Shown: positions 10,488 to 19,883 of the stretch, in pieces
Layout: each line of letters starts with the position of its first letter
How positions within the stretch are numbered: the stretch's first letter is position 1
From: Thermoanaerobaculia bacterium
GTDB taxonomy: Bacteria > Acidobacteriota > Thermoanaerobaculia > UBA5066 > Gp7-AA6
Direction: 5' to 3'
Length of the DNA: 64,000 nt
NCBI GenBank assembly: GCA_036558325.1
Contig: DATBFU010000062.1
Location: forward strand, 55,048 to 119,047
Notes under the pieces: generated by a model
What the model saw: only the letters and a program-made list of their open reading frames with translations
Databases searched by the model: none
What the model was told of the DNA's origin: nothing
Position numbers and translations under genes: made by a program

Positions 10488-10826
10488 CTAGAGCGACTGC
10501 GGCGTGAGGGTTCCGGACTTCCGGCCGGGCCGTTTGGACAAACTCCTTCGCGACCAGAGCGTGCGGTCGGTCGAGTTGTCGGCGACGAGAGGGCGATATG
10601 TCACGGATTTCGCGAAATTCATGCAGTTGATGTCCATTGGAAGCGAACACGGGTCTTCGCAGTCCGTTATACCGTCTTCTCCAATACCTGCGTTTTCGCA
10701 ATGGCCTTGCGATTGACCGATCGATTCCACACAGACACAACAGGCGGGGTTGCAATCATTCGCACGTAGAATCGCCGGCACGATCAGCAGAATCGCGATC
10801 AAGAGAGCCCTTCGAATGGCGTTCAT
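10488..10826 (-). CDS. small secreted cysteine-rich protein (hypothetical)
   Basis: 112 aa. A GAGGGG Shine-Dalgarno lies 5 nt before the ATG. The signal peptide is MNAIRRALLIAILLIVPAILRA. The mature part, NDCNPACCVCVESIGQSQGHCENAGIGEDGITDCEDPCSLPMDINC, has 8 Cys and is followed by a basic tail. The gene lies in a visibly lower-GC islet. Its stop is 5 nt before the ATG of the next gene. Confidence 0.55.
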   Translation of the reverse strand: MNAIRRALLIAILLIVPAILRANDCNPACCVCVESIGQSQGHCENAGIGEDGITDCEDPCSLPMDINCMNFAKSVTYRPLVADNSTDRTLWSRRSLSKRPGRKSGTLTPQSL

Positions 10827-10920
10827 AAAGTCCCCTCTTCCGCTCCCCCACCAAAAAGATTATCAGGAGTCAAGACCCGAGATTGGATTTAGGGAACCCG
10901 GAAGGAATCTGCGCACTGAG

Positions 10921-11532
10921 TCATGAAGGCCGTGTCGGCTCCGGCACCAGCGCCCCCGCCGACACGATCATCTTCATCGCCTGCTCGGGCGTCATGTCGA
11001 GGTACGTCACGCGCTCCTCGGGCACGACGAGGAGGAACCCGGTCGTCGGATTGACCGCGCTCGGAATGAAGATGCTGCAGAGCTTCCGGCCCGTCTTCTC
11101 CCCCGCCTCGCCGGGAACGTTCGACGTCACGAATCCGAGCCCCCACGAACCCGGCGACGGGAACTCGACGATCGCGACGCGCCCGAAGCTTCCGGCGCGC
11201 CCCGGACCGAGGAGCAGCTCCGCGATCTGCCGCAGTGTCGCGTAGATCTTGTTGATGAGCGGAACGCGCTGCATGAGGCGGTCCCACAGAGCGAAGGCCC
11301 GCCGTCCGAGGAGTCCGGCCGCGATCCACCCGAGGAGGAGCAGCAGGACGTTCAGGAGCACGAACCCGAGCCCGAACACCGAGATCCCGCGCGCGCGGAG
11401 CTGATTGCCGAGGATGTTGTCGAAGAAGTTGAAGAGCTTCCAGACGACCCAGAGCGTCAGCGCCGTCGGCGCGAGGACGACGATTCCGGCGAGGTAGTAG
11501 CGCCGAAGGCGAGCGCCGAGGCCGGTCGCCAC
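10921..11532 (-). CDS. DUF502 family membrane protein
   Basis: LRRYYLAGIVVLAPTALTLWVVWKLFNFFD ... PLINKIYATLRQI ... VAIVEFPSPGSWGLGFVT is the typical DUF502 pattern. I chose the GTG start at 11532 because the track start at 11625 would overlap the divergent kinase start. Confidence 0.8.
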   Translation of the reverse strand: MATGLGARLRRYYLAGIVVLAPTALTLWVVWKLFNFFDNILGNQLRARGISVFGLGFVLLNVLLLLLGWIAAGLLGRRAFALWDRLMQRVPLINKIYATLRQIAELLLGPGRAGSFGRVAIVEFPSPGSWGLGFVTSNVPGEAGEKTGRKLCSIFIPSAVNPTTGFLLVVPEERVTYLDMTPEQAMKMIVSAGALVPEPTRPS

Positions 11533-11602
11533 GCGCTGATGGTAACCGGTAACGGCGAACACGCGTCTGGCGTATAGTCCCGCCGGCGGCGATACCACAC
11601 CC

Positions 11603-14600
11603 TTGACACAGACGACGCTGTCCAACCGATACGAGCTCCTGGTCGAGCTCGGGCGCGGCGGAATGGGCGTCGTCTATCGCGCGAAGGATCCTCTCCTCTC
11701 CCGCGAGGTCGCCGTCAAGCTCATCTCTTCGGCGGACTTGTCGAAAGAGCTCGAGGATCGCTTCCAGCGCGAGGCGCAGATCGTCGCGCAGATGGATCAC
11801 CCGGCGATCGTCCCGATCTACGACCTCGGGCGCGACGAGAATTCCCTGTTCTTCGTCATGCCGCTCGTCGGCGGCACGACGCTCCTGCGCCTCATCCGCG
11901 ATCAGTCGCTGCGGCTCGGCGACGTCGTGGACATCGGCATCCAGGTGGCCGAGGCGCTCGACTACAGCCACTCGCGCGGCGTCGTCCACCGCGACATCAA
12001 GCCGGCCAACATCATGGTGACGCGCGAAGAGGGCGCCGGCCCGCGCGTCCGCGTCATGGACTTCGGCCTCGCCCACGCGACGACCGAGTCGCGCCTCACC
12101 AAGACCGGGACGCTCGTCGGCACGGTCGCCTATCTCTCGCCCGAGCAGGTCGCCTCGCGCTCCTTCGACGGCCGGTCGGACATCTACTCGCTCGGCGTCG
12201 TCCTTTACGAGTGTCTCCTCGGCGAGCCGCCGTTCACCGGCGAGGTCCAGTCGATCCTGTATCGCATCGTCCACGAGATCCCGCAGCCGCCGCGCGCGCT
12301 CGGCGCCGAGATCCGCGAGGAGCTGCAGGACCTCGTGCTGCGCTGCCTCGAGAAGGACCCCGGCAAGCGCCCGCAGAAGGCCGGCCACGTCGCCGACGCG
12401 CTCCGCCGGCACAAGTCGAGCCTCGCGAGCGACGAGTTCCGCATGTCGATGGTGGTCAGCCCGAGCCGCATGATTCATCGCCCCGTTCTCTCAGTCTTCA
12501 TCGGGCGAGAGAAGGAGTTCGCCGAGCTCCAGCGCCGCCTGAACGCCGCGATCTCGGGCGAGTCGCAGTTCGCCGTCGTCGCGGGAGAGCCGGGCATCGG
12601 CAAGACGCGGCTCCTCGAGGAGCTGAAGAACCTCGCGATCGCGCGGAAGATCCGCGTCCTCTACGGCCGCTTCGTCGAGCAGGACCGCTCCTTTGCCTAT
12701 TCGGGCTTCTGTGAGCTCATCGAGGACTACTTTCGGTCCCGCGACGCGTCGGGCGCGTCCGGCGAGCGCCCGGACTTCTCGGACCTCGCGGCGGACCTGG
12801 TCGCGCTCTTTCCCCAGCTCTCCGAGATCTCCGAGCTTCGTTCCGCCGTCGGCGGCGACTCGCGGATCGCGGTCCCGGCGGCCGAAAAGAAGGCCGAGGA
12901 CCGCATCCAGGTCTTCGAGCTCATCGCGAAGACCCTCACGCGCATCGCCGGCGGGAAGCCGCTGGTTCTCATCCTCGACAATCTCCACGGCGCGGAGATC
13001 TCGATCGAGGCGCTCCAGTACATCGTGCGGAGGCTGCGCCCGACGCCGACCCTCATCGTCGGCAGCTACCGCCAGACCGAGACCGACCGGCGGCACCCGC
13101 TCATCAAGATGCTCGAGTCGTTCGGGGACGACCCGCGTTTCGTCTCGCTGACGCTGCCCCCGTTTTCCGCCTCCGAGCATCGCGCGCTCGTCGAGTCCCT
13201 GGTCGGCTCGGGCGGCGCCACCGACAGCCTCGTCCGCCGCCTCCACGAGGCCACGGAGGGGAATCCCTTCTTCGCGAAGGAGCTCGTCCGCTCGCTCGTC
13301 GAATCGGGCGGCATCGCGAAGGACGACACGGGCTCCTGGGGATTCTCCAAGGAGACGGAGATTTCCGCCGACGCGCTGCCCGCCACGATCCAGCAGGCCG
13401 TCGAGAAACGCATCGAGCGGCTGCCGGAAGAGCTGCGCGACGTGATGGCCGCGGCGTCCGTGCTCGGGAAGACCTTCGAGTCGAAGGATCTCGGCAGCCT
13501 GCTCGAGGACGCGAAGGACCTCGACGACGACCTCGACCGTCTCGTGAGCGAGGGCATGCTCGAAGAGGACCGGGAATCGCGCGGAGACCGCCTCACGTTT
13601 TCGAGCGGCATCGTCCGGGACGCGCTCTACGCCGGGCTCTCGCGGCGGCGGCGGCGCTCGCTTCACCGCAAGTACGCCGATCTTCTCGAGAAACGCTACG
13701 CCGGACGTCTCGAACGGATCTATCCCGAGCTCGTCCATCACTACTCGCAGGCCGACGTCGCAGAGAAGACCGTCGAGTACGGCCTGAAGCTCGCGCAGAA
13801 GTCGCTCGACGCCTTCAGCCCGGACGAGGCCGTGCGCGTCGCGAAGATCGCGCTCGACTATCTCGAGGACGCCGAAGAGGCCGGAGACCGGCTGCTCGAG
13901 GCGGACGCGCGGCTCCTCCTCGCGCGGGCTCATCGCATGGCGGGCGCCATCGACGCGGCGATGCGCGAAGGCGAGGCGGCGATGCGCGTCTTCGAGGAGG
14001 AGAAGGAGACGGCGCGGGCCGCCGCCGCGACGCTTCTCGTGGCCGAGACCGCGTGGCAGGCCCGCCGCATCGACGAATCGCGCCGTTTCGTCGAGCGCGG
14101 GCTGGAAGCGGCGCGCGCGAGCGGCCAGAAGGAGCACCTCGGCAAGCTGCTGTCGCTCGCGGCGAGCCTCGCGAACCTCCGGGGCGAATACGGAAAATCC
14201 GCCGCCTATCAGGCCGAGATCGAGAGGCTCGCGCCGGCCGAATCGGCGCCCGAGGAGAAGGTTCCGCAAGGCGGCACGCTCGTCGTGGCGATGGCCAACC
14301 CGATCGCCGCGACGGAGCCCGGGACGCTGCAGACCAACGAAGAGTCGGAGGCTCTCGCCAACGTGTTCGACACCCTCGTCACGACGGACCCGAAGGGCAA
14401 TCTCGCGCCGGCTCTTTGCGATCAATGGACGCTCGAGGACGGCGCGCGAACCGTGAAGCTGCGCCTGCGGCCCGACGTCGCCTTCTCAGACGGCGCGCCC
14501 GTCACCGCCGCGGCGGTGAAGACGTCCCTCGAACGATCGATCCGGCTCTCGAAAGACCAGCTTCCGGCGGCGTTCGTCGCGATCCACGGCGTCGGCGACT

Positions 14601-17269
14601 ATCTCGAGGGCCGGAGCTCCGACGTCTCCGGAATCGCGGCCCGTTCCGACCGGGAGATCGAGATCCGGCTCGCCGATTCGCTGCCGATCTTTCCCTCCCT
14701 CCTGACGGACTCCCGCACGGCCGTCGTGGCCGCCGGCGCCGGCCCGGAGGCGAGGCCCGTCGGCACCGGCCCGTATCGCGTCGCCTCCCGGACTTCCGAG
14801 CGCATCGTCCTCGAGCGCAATCCGCGCTCCTGGAGGCAGCCCCCAGCGCGGCTCGACGGCCTGGAGTTCCGCGCTTCGCTGCCGGCGCCCGCGATTGCGG
14901 CCGGACTGCGCGACGGTTCGATCGACCTGGCCCGAGACCTCCTCCCGAAAGACCTCGAGGCGATCCTCCGCGAGCCCCGGTTCCGAGCGGGATTCGTCGA
15001 GACGCCGAAAAAGAACACGTACTTCGCCGTGTTCCAGACGGGAACGCCCGCCGGAGGCAACGCCGTTCTTCGCCGCGCGCTCGCGGGCGCCGTGCGGACC
15101 CAGGATCTCGTCTGGGGAGCGCTCGGACGACTCGCCCTGCCCGCCACCGGCCTGATCCCGCCGGGGATCCTCGGCCACGACGCCGGCCGGCGGCAGACCC
15201 ACCTTTCGCGCGAGCAGGCGATCGACGCGATCCGATCCTCGGGGCTGCCGCTTCCCGTGAGGCTCCGCGTGTCGCTCCACCCGATCCTGCAGAACCAGTA
15301 CGCCGCGCTCACCGAGGCGCTCTTCGCGGCCTGGAAAGATCTCGGCGTCGAGGTCGACGTGGTCGCGAAGACGATGCCCGAGTTTCTCGAATCCTGGCTC
15401 GAGAACCGCGAAGTGGATCTCATGATCGGCCGCTGGATCGCCGACTACGACGATCCCGACAACTTCACGTTCACGCTGTTTCACTCCGGCAACGGCGCCG
15501 CGCGCGCGTACTTCTGCTCGCCGGAGACCGACCGGCTCCTCGAGGAGGCGCGCGCCGAGACGCGGCCTGCGTCGCGCGAGGCCTTTTACCGGAGGTTCGA
15601 GCACGCGCTCCTCGATCCCGGGATCGTCGTGCCCCTCTTCCACGACGTCGACTACCGCATCGCCAGTCCGAAGGTCCGCGGGCTGCAGCTTCGGAGCACC
15701 GCGCCCTACGTCAACTACGCCGAGCTCGGCAAGACCGAGTCGGCCGAGCTCCGCGCCGCGGCCGACCGCGCGCTCGGCGGCGGCACGCTCCACGTTCCGA
15801 TCGCCGGAGTGGTCCGCGACCTCGACCCCGTTCTCTGCGAGACGCAGGAGCAGAGCGACGTCGGCCCGTCGATGTTCGAGGCGCTGACGCGCGCCATCGG
15901 CGGCACGCGCATCGTGCCGTGGCTCGCCTCCGAGATTCAGCCCGAGGCCGACGGCCGGCGCTACCGCTTCCGGCTGCGCCCGGGTCTCCGATTCCACGAC
16001 GGGCGCCGGCTGACGGCGCGCGACGTGCGCTTCTCGTGGGAGCGGCTGCTCACGAGCTCGAGCGTGAACCGATGGCTGCTGTCGCCGGTTCAGGGCGCCA
16101 AGAAGATCTTCGACGGACAGGCCACGGATCTCGAGGGCTTTCACATCGTGTCGCCGACGGAATTCTTCGTCGACCTCGAGAAGCCGGTCGCGTTCTTCCC
16201 GGCCGTGATTTCGTACACGCCGACCGCCGTCCTCCCCGAGGGGACGGGCGCCGTCGGCTCGGGACCGAACGAGAGCGCCGTCGGAACCGGCCCATTCCGG
16301 CTCGTCCGATTCGAGCCCGGACGCCGCCTGGAGCTCGAGCGCAACCCGTACTACTGGCGCGACGGCTTTCCGCGGAGCGAAGGCATCGAGTTCCGCTTCG
16401 GCGTGTCTCCCGAGGAGATCCGGAGCGAGTTCCTGGCCGGAAGGTTCTCGCTCTCGTCCGACCTGCTGCCGGCCGACGCCGAAGCGCTGCGGCACGATCC
16501 GCGGTTTGCGGGCAACTATCGGGAGAGCCCGCGCCTCTCGACGTACTTCCTGACCTTCAACTCGCGGAAGGGCCCGTTCCAGGACGTGGAACGGCGGCGC
16601 GAGCTCGTACGAAACATCGACGTTCCCGCCATGGTCCGCCGGACTCTGGGACGCGTCGCGATTCCGGCGCACGGCATCATCCCGCCCGGCCTCCTCGGTT
16701 ACTCGGCCTCCGGCCCGGCCTCCGGCCCGATCCCGGGAGGCGAGGCGTCGGACAGCTCCGTCGAAGCGACGGTTTCGCGGGAGGCGACCGAGGTGTCGGT
16801 CGCGATTCACCCGGTCTTCCTCGGGGAATTCGCGGCCTTCTACCGGGAGCTGACGGCTTCTCTACGCGAGATCGGATTTCGCCTGCGACCGATCAACAAG
16901 ACGATGGCCGAGTACATGGCGATGCAGCCGAAGGCCGAGGGAGACCTGAACATCGGCCGGTGGAACGCGGATTATGCCGACGCCGACAACTTCGTCCACA
17001 CGCTGCTGCACTCGGACGCGGGCTTCTGGGGCAAGTACATCGGATCGCCCGAGCTCGACGAGCTCGCCGAGCGCGGTCGCGCCGAGACGGACCCGCGCAC
17101 CCGCCACGCGATCTACCGGCAGGTCGAGGAGATCCTCGCGCGCGAGGCCCTCATCCTTCCGCTCTTTCACGACCAGGTCTACTGCTTCGCGCGGCCGGAG
17201 GTCGAGGGACTGGGGACGCTCGGCTCCAATCCGATCGTGTCGTACGAGGAGCTGGCGATCCGGCGGTAG
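11603..17269 (+). CDS. giant multidomain Ser/Thr protein kinase - AAA/STAND NTPase - TPR-like region - two tandem family-5 solute-binding (SBP_bac_5, DppA/OppA-like) domains
   Basis: 1888 aa, TTG start.
- Kinase motifs: GRGGMGVVY, AVK, HRDIKPANIM, DFGLA, GTVAYLSPE (about aa 9-275).
- P-loop: GEPGIGKT (aa 328-335, nt 12584-12607).
- Helical TPR-like region to about aa 870.
- SBP5 domain 1: about aa 889-1375 (nt 14267-15727), GGTLVVAMANP..FDTLVTTDPKGNLAPALC.
- SBP5 domain 2: about aa 1392-1888 (nt 15776-17266), GGTLHVPIAG..RFRLRPGLRFHDGRRLTARDVRFSWERLL.
- I saw no hydrophobic transmembrane stretch. Confidence 0.9.
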   Translation: MTQTTLSNRYELLVELGRGGMGVVYRAKDPLLSREVAVKLISSADLSKELEDRFQREAQIVAQMDHPAIVPIYDLGRDENSLFFVMPLVGGTTLLRLIRDQSLRLGDVVDIGIQVAEALDYSHSRGVVHRDIKPANIMVTREEGAGPRVRVMDFGLAHATTESRLTKTGTLVGTVAYLSPEQVASRSFDGRSDIYSLGVVLYECLLGEPPFTGEVQSILYRIVHEIPQPPRALGAEIREELQDLVLRCLEKDPGKRPQKAGHVADALRRHKSSLASDEFRMSMVVSPSRMIHRPVLSVFIGREKEFAELQRRLNAAISGESQFAVVAGEPGIGKTRLLEELKNLAIARKIRVLYGRFVEQDRSFAYSGFCELIEDYFRSRDASGASGERPDFSDLAADLVALFPQLSEISELRSAVGGDSRIAVPAAEKKAEDRIQVFELIAKTLTRIAGGKPLVLILDNLHGAEISIEALQYIVRRLRPTPTLIVGSYRQTETDRRHPLIKMLESFGDDPRFVSLTLPPFSASEHRALVESLVGSGGATDSLVRRLHEATEGNPFFAKELVRSLVESGGIAKDDTGSWGFSKETEISADALPATIQQAVEKRIERLPEELRDVMAAASVLGKTFESKDLGSLLEDAKDLDDDLDRLVSEGMLEEDRESRGDRLTFSSGIVRDALYAGLSRRRRRSLHRKYADLLEKRYAGRLERIYPELVHHYSQADVAEKTVEYGLKLAQKSLDAFSPDEAVRVAKIALDYLEDAEEAGDRLLEADARLLLARAHRMAGAIDAAMREGEAAMRVFEEEKETARAAAATLLVAETAWQARRIDESRRFVERGLEAARASGQKEHLGKLLSLAASLANLRGEYGKSAAYQAEIERLAPAESAPEEKVPQGGTLVVAMANPIAATEPGTLQTNEESEALANVFDTLVTTDPKGNLAPALCDQWTLEDGARTVKLRLRPDVAFSDGAPVTAAAVKTSLERSIRLSKDQLPAAFVAIHGVGDYLEGRSSDVSGIAARSDREIEIRLADSLPIFPSLLTDSRTAVVAAGAGPEARPVGTGPYRVASRTSERIVLERNPRSWRQPPARLDGLEFRASLPAPAIAAGLRDGSIDLARDLLPKDLEAILREPRFRAGFVETPKKNTYFAVFQTGTPAGGNAVLRRALAGAVRTQDLVWGALGRLALPATGLIPPGILGHDAGRRQTHLSREQAIDAIRSSGLPLPVRLRVSLHPILQNQYAALTEALFAAWKDLGVEVDVVAKTMPEFLESWLENREVDLMIGRWIADYDDPDNFTFTLFHSGNGAARAYFCSPETDRLLEEARAETRPASREAFYRRFEHALLDPGIVVPLFHDVDYRIASPKVRGLQLRSTAPYVNYAELGKTESAELRAAADRALGGGTLHVPIAGVVRDLDPVLCETQEQSDVGPSMFEALTRAIGGTRIVPWLASEIQPEADGRRYRFRLRPGLRFHDGRRLTARDVRFSWERLLTSSSVNRWLLSPVQGAKKIFDGQATDLEGFHIVSPTEFFVDLEKPVAFFPAVISYTPTAVLPEGTGAVGSGPNESAVGTGPFRLVRFEPGRRLELERNPYYWRDGFPRSEGIEFRFGVSPEEIRSEFLAGRFSLSSDLLPADAEALRHDPRFAGNYRESPRLSTYFLTFNSRKGPFQDVERRRELVRNIDVPAMVRRTLGRVAIPAHGIIPPGLLGYSASGPASGPIPGGEASDSSVEATVSREATEVSVAIHPVFLGEFAAFYRELTASLREIGFRLRPINKTMAEYMAMQPKAEGDLNIGRWNADYADADNFVHTLLHSDAGFWGKYIGSPELDELAERGRAETDPRTRHAIYRQVEEILAREALILPLFHDQVYCFARPEVEGLGTLGSNPIVSYEELAIRR

Positions 17270-17293
17270 GCCGATCTCGGCCCAGGGTCTGCC

Positions 17294-17330
17294 GAGCTCG
17301 GGATCCCTCGCGATCGCTCGGGATGACAGC
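17294..17330. repeat. REP-like intergenic element, copy A (AGCTCGGGATCCCTCG ... CTCGGGATGACAGC)
   Basis: It shares a 16-nt block and a 14-nt block with the element at 22363-22402. It lies between the kinase stop and tRNA-Ser(GCU). Confidence 0.55.
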
Positions 17331-17364
17331 TCAAGTGAGGGAGGCGTAGCCGTAACAGAGTTGT

Positions 17365-17458
17365 TGGCGGAGAGGACGGGATTCGAACCCGTGATAGAGG
17401 TTTAGGCCCCTATGGCGGTTTAGCAAACCGCTGGTTTCAGCCACTCACCCACCTCTCC
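17365..17458 (-). tRNA. tRNA-Ser (anticodon GCU)
   Basis: The reverse complement is GGAGAGGTGGGTGAGTGGCTGAAACCAGCGGTTTGCTAAACCGCCATAGGGGCCTAAACCTCTATCACGGGTTCGAATCCCGTCCTCTCCGCCA. It has a 7-bp acceptor stem (GGAGAGG/CCTCTCC), an anticodon arm GCGGT-TTGCTAA-ACCGC, a long variable arm, a T arm ACGGG-TTCGAAT-CCCGT and an encoded CCA. Confidence 0.92.
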
Positions 17459-17679
17459 GCGAGTGGTCAGGTCGCCGATGTTAGTGGATCTCTTCCGAGT
17501 TGGAAACCAGCAGGAGCGCGTGCGCCACCAGATCTGACTTCACGGGTTCGCGCCAAAGCGTCGTCGGCCGCGAATACGGCCGAGGGCGCGAGACAACGCC
17601 GGCCTCCGGGCCGGCGGTTATCCCGTCCTCTCCGCCAAATCCCTCGACCGCGCGCGGCCACGCGGTACCATCCCCGCGC

Positions 17680-19875
17680 GTGAAACGACGCGTCCTCCTC
17701 GTCCTGGCCGCGGCGATCGCGGCGGCCCTCGGCGTCTGGGCGTACCACAACACCTCGATCCACCGGCTGCGCCGCGAGTTCGAGCCCTGGATGGAGCGCC
17801 TCGTCCGCTGGCGCGACGCCTGCGAGGCCACGCGGCGCGCCCTCCGGAGCCGCGACGCGACGCCCGCCGGTCCCGACGGCATCGCGCCGCTCCGCGCGTG
17901 GGCCTGGGCCGGCATCGACCGCATGGGCTATGTGGACTTCCGCGTCGAGAAGCCGGAACACGAGAGCGCCGCCGGCCTGGAGCGGACCTCCGGCCGCGTC
18001 CGTTTCACCGTCGGCGGTTTCGCGGCAGGAGGAACGCGGATCGAGCGGAGCGCCGACGTCCGCGTGACCGAGGAGACACGGGATGGATCTCGTCCGCACT
18101 TCTCGGTCGAACTGCTCGCCGCGGTCTCCGATCGGTCCGAGCCGTCGCCGCGCTTCCACGACGCGACCTCCGAGGCCGGCCTGGGCGCGCCGCGCCACGA
18201 CCCTCCCTACAAGGTCACGAACCATCTGATCTCGGACATCTGGCCGGGCTCGGGCGTCGCGGTTCTCGACTACGACCAGGACGGCGCGGAGGACCTCTTC
18301 GTGGCCGACGGCCTCCGCTCGATCCTCTATCGCGGCGACGGCCGCGGGCACTTCACCGACGTCACCGAAAAGGCCGGCCTCGCCAAGGACGCGACGCACG
18401 GAATCGCGGCGACCGGCATCGCCGCGGGGGACATCGACGGCGACGGCTATCCGGATCTCTTCGTCACCGACGCGTTCGGCCCGGCGCGCCTTTTCCACAA
18501 CAAGGGCGACGGAACGTTCGAAGAGTGGACGGACCCTTCCGGCATCGCGATCGCGAAGGATGCGCGCACCGCGGCCTTCGCCGACGTGGACGGCGACGGC
18601 GACCTCGATCTCTTCGTTTGCGTGACGGGCGACTACTACAACAAGATGCCGAATCCGCCCTTCGACGCGAACGACGGCCTTCCCAACCACCTCTACATCA
18701 ACGATGGCCACGGCCGATTCACCGACGCGAGCGCCGACTGGGGCGTCGCGAAGCCGCCGCGATGGACGCTGTCGTCGCTCTTCGCCGACTACGACGGCGA
18801 CGGGCGCGCGGATCTCTTCCTCACGAATGACTTCGGCCTCGCGCAGCTATACCGCAACGACGGCGGCCGCCGGTTCGTGGATGTGACGAAGAAGGCCGGC
18901 GCGGAGATCCGCGCGTACGGCATGTCCGCGATCTGGGGCGACTTCGACGGGGACGGCCGCCTCGATCTCTACACGACCGGCGCGGACACGCAGTGGTTCT
19001 TCCTTCACGAGTATCCGTCGCTGCCGATCGGCATCCCCGGGCGGATCTTTCTTCCGGTCGCGATCGCGTGGATGGAGAAGATGGCGACGGGCAACTCGCT
19101 CCTCCTCCAGCGCGCGGACCACACCTTCGAGAACGCGACGGCGCGCTCGGGCGCGGCGCACGCCGGCTGGAACTGGAGCACGATCGCCGCCGATCTCGAC
19201 AACGACTCGTGGCTCGACCTGTACTCCACCAACGGAATGTGGGGCGACGGCCGCGATCACGACACGGAGCTCGAGTTCTGGTGGGACTCGCTCGCCTACT
19301 GGGACGACTACGTGGCGGGGACGCGAACCTTCGACCGAGAGGGCGCGGGAATGGCCGGGATCGAGCGCGATCGTTACTTCCACAATCGCGGCAAGGGCCG
19401 CGGCGGCGATCCCGTCTTCGAGGATCGCGGCTTTCTCGACGGGCTCGATCTCGAGACCAACGGACGCGCGGCCGTCGCGTTCGACGCCAACGGCGACGGC
19501 GCGCTCGACGTCTACGTCCGGTCCGTGCAGGCCCCGGAGGCGCTCTTCCTCGGGAGCCGGAAGCCCGGCGAGCACTTCCTGCGCATCCGCCTGCGCGGCG
19601 CGCCGGGCCTGGACAACCGCGACGGCGTCGGCGCGCGGATCACGGCGACGCTGCCCGGCGGGCGCACGCTCCTCGTCGAAACGGACAACGCGAGCGGCTA
19701 TCTCTCGACGGGCAGCCCGATCGCGCACCTCGGGCTCGGCGCAGCGAGCCGGCTGGTCGCTCTTGCCGTGAGATGGCCGTCCGGAAGAGTTCAGGAGCTC
19801 GGGCCCGTCGAGCGCGTGGACCGCCTGATCGTCGTGGACGAGAAAAGCGGGGTCCTGCCCGAGACGGTAGACTAG
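17680..19875 (+). CDS. CRTAC1-family protein (FG-GAP/VCBS repeats + ASPIC/UnbV C-terminal domain), membrane-anchored or secreted
   Basis: GTG at 17680 gives VKRRVLLVLAAAIAAALGVWAY. FG-GAP-like repeats recur (DYDQDGAEDLFVADG, GDIDGDGYPDLFVTD, ADVDGDGDLDLFV, DYDGDGRADLFLTND, DFDGDGRLDLY). The C-terminal GVGARITATLPGG...YLSTGSPIAHLGLG matches ASPIC/UnbV. Confidence 0.85.
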   Translation: MKRRVLLVLAAAIAAALGVWAYHNTSIHRLRREFEPWMERLVRWRDACEATRRALRSRDATPAGPDGIAPLRAWAWAGIDRMGYVDFRVEKPEHESAAGLERTSGRVRFTVGGFAAGGTRIERSADVRVTEETRDGSRPHFSVELLAAVSDRSEPSPRFHDATSEAGLGAPRHDPPYKVTNHLISDIWPGSGVAVLDYDQDGAEDLFVADGLRSILYRGDGRGHFTDVTEKAGLAKDATHGIAATGIAAGDIDGDGYPDLFVTDAFGPARLFHNKGDGTFEEWTDPSGIAIAKDARTAAFADVDGDGDLDLFVCVTGDYYNKMPNPPFDANDGLPNHLYINDGHGRFTDASADWGVAKPPRWTLSSLFADYDGDGRADLFLTNDFGLAQLYRNDGGRRFVDVTKKAGAEIRAYGMSAIWGDFDGDGRLDLYTTGADTQWFFLHEYPSLPIGIPGRIFLPVAIAWMEKMATGNSLLLQRADHTFENATARSGAAHAGWNWSTIAADLDNDSWLDLYSTNGMWGDGRDHDTELEFWWDSLAYWDDYVAGTRTFDREGAGMAGIERDRYFHNRGKGRGGDPVFEDRGFLDGLDLETNGRAAVAFDANGDGALDVYVRSVQAPEALFLGSRKPGEHFLRIRLRGAPGLDNRDGVGARITATLPGGRTLLVETDNASGYLSTGSPIAHLGLGAASRLVALAVRWPSGRVQELGPVERVDRLIVVDEKSGVLPETVD

Positions 19876-19883
19876 GATTTCCC

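Noticed and set aside
10483-10755. Extension of the CarboxypepD_reg ORF to 10755, which would overlap the Cys-rich peptide gene
   Set aside because: The extended peptide (…RKRRYWRRRYNGLRRPVF…) is not protein-like and precedes a good hydrophobic leader at the ATG at 10482. The small ORF in the other frame has its own Shine-Dalgarno and signal peptide.
12491-17349. Long antisense or alternate-frame ORFs inside the kinase gene (12491-14425, 14486-16810, 14053-17349)
   Set aside because: They are Arg/Ala/Gly/Pro-dominated with no motifs, which is typical of GC-rich shadow ORFs. The plus-strand frame from 11603 carries kinase, P-loop and SBP5 motifs throughout.
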